From: Allobaculum fili
GTDB taxonomy: Bacteria > Bacillota_I > Bacilli_A > Erysipelotrichales > Erysipelotrichaceae
DNA length: 24,709 nt
Reading direction: 5' to 3'
Assembly: GCF_020969955.1 (NCBI RefSeq)
Contig: NZ_JAHDSX010000035.1
Location: forward strand, 1 to 24,709
The position numbers and the translations under genes were made by a program. This document shows, in pieces, positions 15,278 through 24,709 of this stretch. The stretch's first letter is position 1, and every line of letters starts with the position of its first letter. The notes under the pieces were generated by a model. That model saw only the letters and a program-made list of their open reading frames with translations. It made no database searches and was not told the DNA's origin.

Positions 15278-16201
15278 ATGAAAAACAAAACGATTGAAGA
15301 ACTGCTCGCCCTGCTCGATGAAGGCGTTGCCCAGCTGCTCGAAGGCGATGAATACCGCCAGTATTTGAAAACGATGTCCCGCTTTCCGTCCTATTCCATG
15401 CGCAATACCTTGCTGCTCTACAAACAGTGTCCGCAGGCCAGTCTGGTGGCCGGTTTTCAGACGTGGGAGGGCGTATTTGGCCGGCACGTCAAAAAAGGGG
15501 AGAAAGGTCTGCGCATTCTCGCCCCGTATTCCTATAAAGTCAAAACAAAAGACGCCGCAAAGGAGAAAATCGAAACCCGCACCGGCTTTCGCTCCATTTC
15601 CGTCTTCGACATTTCCCAGACCGAAGGCAAGCCGCTGCCCCCGCCGCCTCAGGTTAAAACGCTCGAAGGCGAATGCGACTTGTTCGAACCGGCCATACCG
15701 CTGCTCGAAAAGCTGACCGGCTTTCAAATCGAACGCTGCGCGCTCGAACATGGTGTCAACGGCACCTGCCGCTATGACGAGCAGCGCATTCGCATTAACG
15801 AAACGCTGAACTCCCGCCACGCGTTTAAAACGCTCACCCACGAATGCGCCCACGCGCTTCTGCACAATTTTGGCGTCTGCGATCACAGCCGAATGGATGC
15901 CAGAGAACAGGCGCTCATCGACCGTCTGCTTCAGTCGCCCGAACTGCGGGAGACGGAAAGCGAATCGGTAAGCTTTGTGGTGTGCATGGCCTGCGGCATC
16001 GACTGTTCCGAGTATTCCTTTGCCTATATCGCCACCTGGCTTTCGGGAAAAGAACTGCTTCCCGCTTCCCTCGCGCGCATTTCAAACTGCGCGCAGAAAA
16101 TGCTTCTCGCACTGCAGACGCTGCTTAAGGATACAGCGCCGGGTGCACAGAATGCTCATCGCACTTCCAGCTCTCCTCCTGCCTCGCAAACAAAAGCCTG
16201 A
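15278..16201 (+). CDS. ArdC-like protein (N-terminal ssDNA-binding domain plus C-terminal HExxH metalloprotease-like domain), 307 aa
   Basis: ATG at 15278, just after ggagga. The N-terminal region ..FPSYSMRNTLLLYKQCPQASLVAGFQTWEGVFGRHVKKGEKGLRILAP.. matches the ArdC-N/DUF1738 pattern. The C-terminal part carries LTHECAHALLH and ..ETESESVSFVVCMACGID..YIATWL.. The 97 upstream codons of track ORF 14987..16201 have no support. Confidence 0.8.
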   Translation: MKNKTIEELLALLDEGVAQLLEGDEYRQYLKTMSRFPSYSMRNTLLLYKQCPQASLVAGFQTWEGVFGRHVKKGEKGLRILAPYSYKVKTKDAAKEKIETRTGFRSISVFDISQTEGKPLPPPPQVKTLEGECDLFEPAIPLLEKLTGFQIERCALEHGVNGTCRYDEQRIRINETLNSRHAFKTLTHECAHALLHNFGVCDHSRMDAREQALIDRLLQSPELRETESESVSFVVCMACGIDCSEYSFAYIATWLSGKELLPASLARISNCAQKMLLALQTLLKDTAPGAQNAHRTSSSPPASQTKA

Positions 16202-16312
16202 CCGCTCTGACCAAATCGATTCCAGTGCGCGGTTTTCCCAGCCAGATTTACCCGGACATCGATACGGTCTTCCCGGACCTGCTCCTTGATCCGGACGCCT
16301 AAAATAGAGAGT

Positions 16313-17602
16313 ATGAACAATTCCAATACCCATGCATTAGTCCTTGGCGGCGGAGGCAGCCGGGGCAGTTATACAATCGGCGTTTTGACGACGCTGATGG
16401 AACAGAAAAAAACGTATGATCTGGTCACCGGCATTTCGATCGGCGCCATTGTCGGCGCGCTGTATGCGATGAATAAGCCAGTCGATCTTTCGTCGATGAT
16501 TGCTTCCTTTCCTTCAAGCGGTCTGGCCGACGGTCTGTTTTCCTTTCCGGACTGCCACAAGGCAGCCGACGAAGCCGACAAAGGCTTTGATGCCTATGTC
16601 AAGGCGTTTCAGAACAACGGACCGACGACACAAACCCTCTCCAAGGTGTTTCACTCGCTCTTTGACTTTGACGCCTTTGAAAAATCCAGTCTGAACTTCG
16701 CGTGTCTGGCATCCAACGTCAGCAAGAACCAGGCGCGCATCTTTACAAAAAACGAACTCACTTCCCCCGAAAAAACGGAGCAGGCCGTTCTGGCTTCGGC
16801 TGCCTATTTCCCGGCGTATTCGCTCGTGAATATTGATGGGGACTACTATGGCGACGGCGGTTTTCTCAACTGGTCGTTAGGCCGTGTGGCCAAAGAACTG
16901 GGCGCGAAAAAGATGACGCTCGTCTCGCTGGCTCAGCCTGGAGACAATCTTGTGTACGAAAAAGACGAGACGGAACTGCTGATCCGCCCGATTGTCCCGC
17001 TGGCCGGCTTTCTCAATTTTGGAACGGCTACTCTGCGCAATCAGATTATGCAGGGACGGCTCGAAGCCCTGAAGACGATGAATCTGGCGCCTGGCTACGT
17101 CTACACCTTTTATCCGGACGACGCGCTGATCTTCTCTTCTCTCTCCCGTATGGCCGTCGACATTCTCAACCGAAGCCACATTCAGCTCGAAAACGGCATG
17201 TTAATCGAAGGCCTCGAAACGCTGATGGGCTGCAGGCTGCAGCCACTGGAAAACGAGTATATGAAGCACTACCAGTTTGGGCTTCTGCTCGAATGTCTGG
17301 CTGCAGTCGCCGGTATGGATTTTTACCGTCAGTACCATTTGCGCGATTTCACAAAGGAAATGCTGAGGCGTCTGGAAAGTTTCTCCCTGCATCCGCAGGC
17401 GGCTGTTCTTGGCTCCACTTTACAGACGGATCGCATGGGCGCGATGAATCTGATGGCGTTCTTTTATGGCGGACTCAAGCGAAACAACGGCCATTTGCCC
17501 GCGGAATACGACATTCTCAAAACCAAATTCGATTCCGTCTTCCTGCTTGCCCTCGCCTGGTACGTGCTGGAGAAATTCTCGCCCGTCCTCAAGCTTCTCT
17601 AA
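16313..17602 (+). CDS. Patatin-like phospholipase with an uncharacterised C-terminal extension of about 190 aa, 429 aa
   Basis: The oxyanion-hole motif is GGGGSRG, the nucleophile elbow is G-I-S-I-G and the catalytic Asp lies in YGDGGF. The start is placed at ATG 16313, which has only a weak RBS. TTG at 16286 is an alternative start. Confidence 0.85.
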   Translation: MNNSNTHALVLGGGGSRGSYTIGVLTTLMEQKKTYDLVTGISIGAIVGALYAMNKPVDLSSMIASFPSSGLADGLFSFPDCHKAADEADKGFDAYVKAFQNNGPTTQTLSKVFHSLFDFDAFEKSSLNFACLASNVSKNQARIFTKNELTSPEKTEQAVLASAAYFPAYSLVNIDGDYYGDGGFLNWSLGRVAKELGAKKMTLVSLAQPGDNLVYEKDETELLIRPIVPLAGFLNFGTATLRNQIMQGRLEALKTMNLAPGYVYTFYPDDALIFSSLSRMAVDILNRSHIQLENGMLIEGLETLMGCRLQPLENEYMKHYQFGLLLECLAAVAGMDFYRQYHLRDFTKEMLRRLESFSLHPQAAVLGSTLQTDRMGAMNLMAFFYGGLKRNNGHLPAEYDILKTKFDSVFLLALAWYVLEKFSPVLKLL

Positions 17603-17682
17603 AGCGCTCCCTGCCCTTTACGGTTCTTTCTTCCGCTTTTTTCCAAGCGATAAACGATTTCCTTCTCACCAGTTCTCATGCA

Positions 17683-17736
17683 AGACCAGAACCTGCAGTC
17701 GGCTCATGCCGGCTGTAAAAGTTCTGGTCTTTTTCT
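17683..17736 (+). terminator. Rho-independent terminator of the ArdC-like/patatin unit
   Basis: agaccagaac (17683-17692) pairs with gttctggtct (17721-17730). The loop is structured and the hairpin is followed by tttttc. Confidence 0.65.
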
Positions 17737-17761
17737 CGCCGTACGTTCTCTTCGCCCCATA

Positions 17762-17813
17762 GAAAAAGCCCTCTGGCTTCTGGGCAGAACATTCTGCCGG
17801 AAATCAGAGGGCT
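17762..17813 (-). terminator. Rho-independent terminator of the GH2 gene
   Basis: agccctctg (17767-17775) pairs with cagagggct (17805-17813), with an inner gcagaa/ttctgc stem. On the minus strand it is followed by tttttc (complement of 17762-17767). Confidence 0.65.
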
Positions 17814-17888
17814 GCCGCCTTGAGAGAGCGGCACTTTCTCGTTTCTGGTATTACGCAAAACGCGTTTCAACCGGGCCAAGAAAGAATT

Positions 17889-24236
<6,348 letters not shown>

Positions 24237-24245
24237 CTAGTTTCC

Positions 24246-24273
24246 ATCTTAAGCGTTTATTTTTTTAAATCAA
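24246..24273 (-). promoter_or_regulatory. Weak sigma-70-type promoter candidate for the GH2 gene
   Basis: On the minus strand: TTGATT (24273-24268), a 16-nt spacer, then TAAGAT (24251-24246). It lies about 70 nt upstream of the ATG. Only 4 of 6 positions match in each hexamer. Confidence 0.25.
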
Positions 24274-24450
24274 ATTCGTTTTTTTTCACAAACTCTTTTA
24301 AAACGCCTGTTGACTGGAAGAGATCGTGACGCTATTTATTTCCCGTTTTGCACATGATTTTGCGAATTGACGATACTTTTTCTGTACATTCGTCCCGTAT
24401 GCAGGCACGTTTTTTCGTGTTTCTCAGCCGCAAAATTTCCGTTCTAAATG

Positions 24451-24497
24451 AAAAAAGGAGAAGGCGTTCCGCACCTGTGCGGACGTTTTCTCCTTTT
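24451..24497. terminator. Long terminator-like hairpin upstream of the GH2 promoter region
   Basis: aaaaggagaaggcgttccgc (loop acctgt) gcggacgttttctcctttt forms a stem of about 18 bp with one bulge. It has A- and T-tracts on both sides, and the U-tract is better on the minus strand (ctccttttttcat). Confidence 0.5.
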
Positions 24498-24583
24498 GCA
24501 TTTCCTGTTCGTAAACTTTGACAATGGCTTCGGCTGAACTGGCGGCTTTCCCCGTTTTGCGCGGACTTTCTATTGGGTCAGCG

Positions 24584-24709
24584 GTAAGTGTCAAACAATC
24601 GACGGGTATACGCGAGACTGAATATTAGATACGCTAAACGGGATCCCTTTCGAGATCCCGCTTGGCGTATTTTTTATTCTTCATCGTTTTCTTCATACTT
24701 CGGATCCGG
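24584..24709. repeat. Right copy of the perfect 126-bp terminal inverted repeat
   Basis: It is the exact reverse complement of 1-126. It carries the same 14-codon tail plus TAG (24626-24628) and the same hairpin (24639-24660), but here there is no gene body attached. Confidence 0.97.

Noticed and set aside
24310-24338. Plus-strand promoter-like TTGACT, 17 nt, TATTTA.
   Set aside because: The -10 element matches only 3 of 6 positions, and there is nothing to transcribe downstream except the hairpin and the repeat copy.
24524-24628. 34-codon ATG ORF (MASAELAAFPVLRGLSIGSAVSVKQSTGIRETEY) reading into the right repeat copy.
   Set aside because: It has no RBS. Its last 14 codons are merely the duplicated tail of the left-hand gene, so this is a chance open frame at a junction.

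Overview
This is a 24,709-bp window of Gram-positive (Bacillota-type) DNA, probably from a gut commensal, although that taxon guess is low confidence. All product calls come from reading motifs in the translations; no searches were run.

Gene content, left to right:
- (-) 82-1200: secreted acidic adhesin-like protein.
- (-) 2648-3961: RumA/RlmD-type 23S rRNA m5U methyltransferase.
- (+) 5233-9311: MarR regulator plus two overlapping half-transporter genes of a heterodimeric ABC exporter with one degenerate ATP site.
- (-) 9663-11833: surface-protein pseudogene of about 723 codons (signal peptide, transglutaminase-like core, BspA-type LRR, Ig-like module, three YRLYNPN repeats). It is broken by an in-frame TAA, a 1-nt frameshift and a TGG>TGA change.
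- (-) 12134-15019: intact 961-aa surface protein built from the same repeat type and ending in a class-A beta-lactamase-like serine hydrolase.
- (+) 15278-17602: orphan ArdC-like ssDNA-binding/HExxH protein followed by a patatin-like phospholipase.
- (-) 17889-24176: 2095-aa secreted GH2 beta-galactosidase with two NPCBM-like modules, a Big_2 module, a dockerin-like module and FIVAR-like helical modules.

The most striking non-genic structure is that the two ends of the window form a perfect 126-bp inverted repeat. Its inner boundary lies 14 codons before the stop of the first gene. That pattern fits the inner ends of a longer flanking repeat (mobile element or duplicated locus), but an assembly product is equally possible.

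Other unexplained structure:
- Three T-rich, ORF-free stretches (1201-2647, 3962-4993, 24177-24583) containing short repeated motifs.
- A perfect 23-bp tandem duplication.
- A 9-mer repeated four times in the divergent intergenic region upstream of the ArdC-like gene.

I found no CRISPR array, tRNA or rRNA gene, integrase, transposase, or recognisable complete defence system. The 'novel system' candidates below are hypotheses, not demonstrations.
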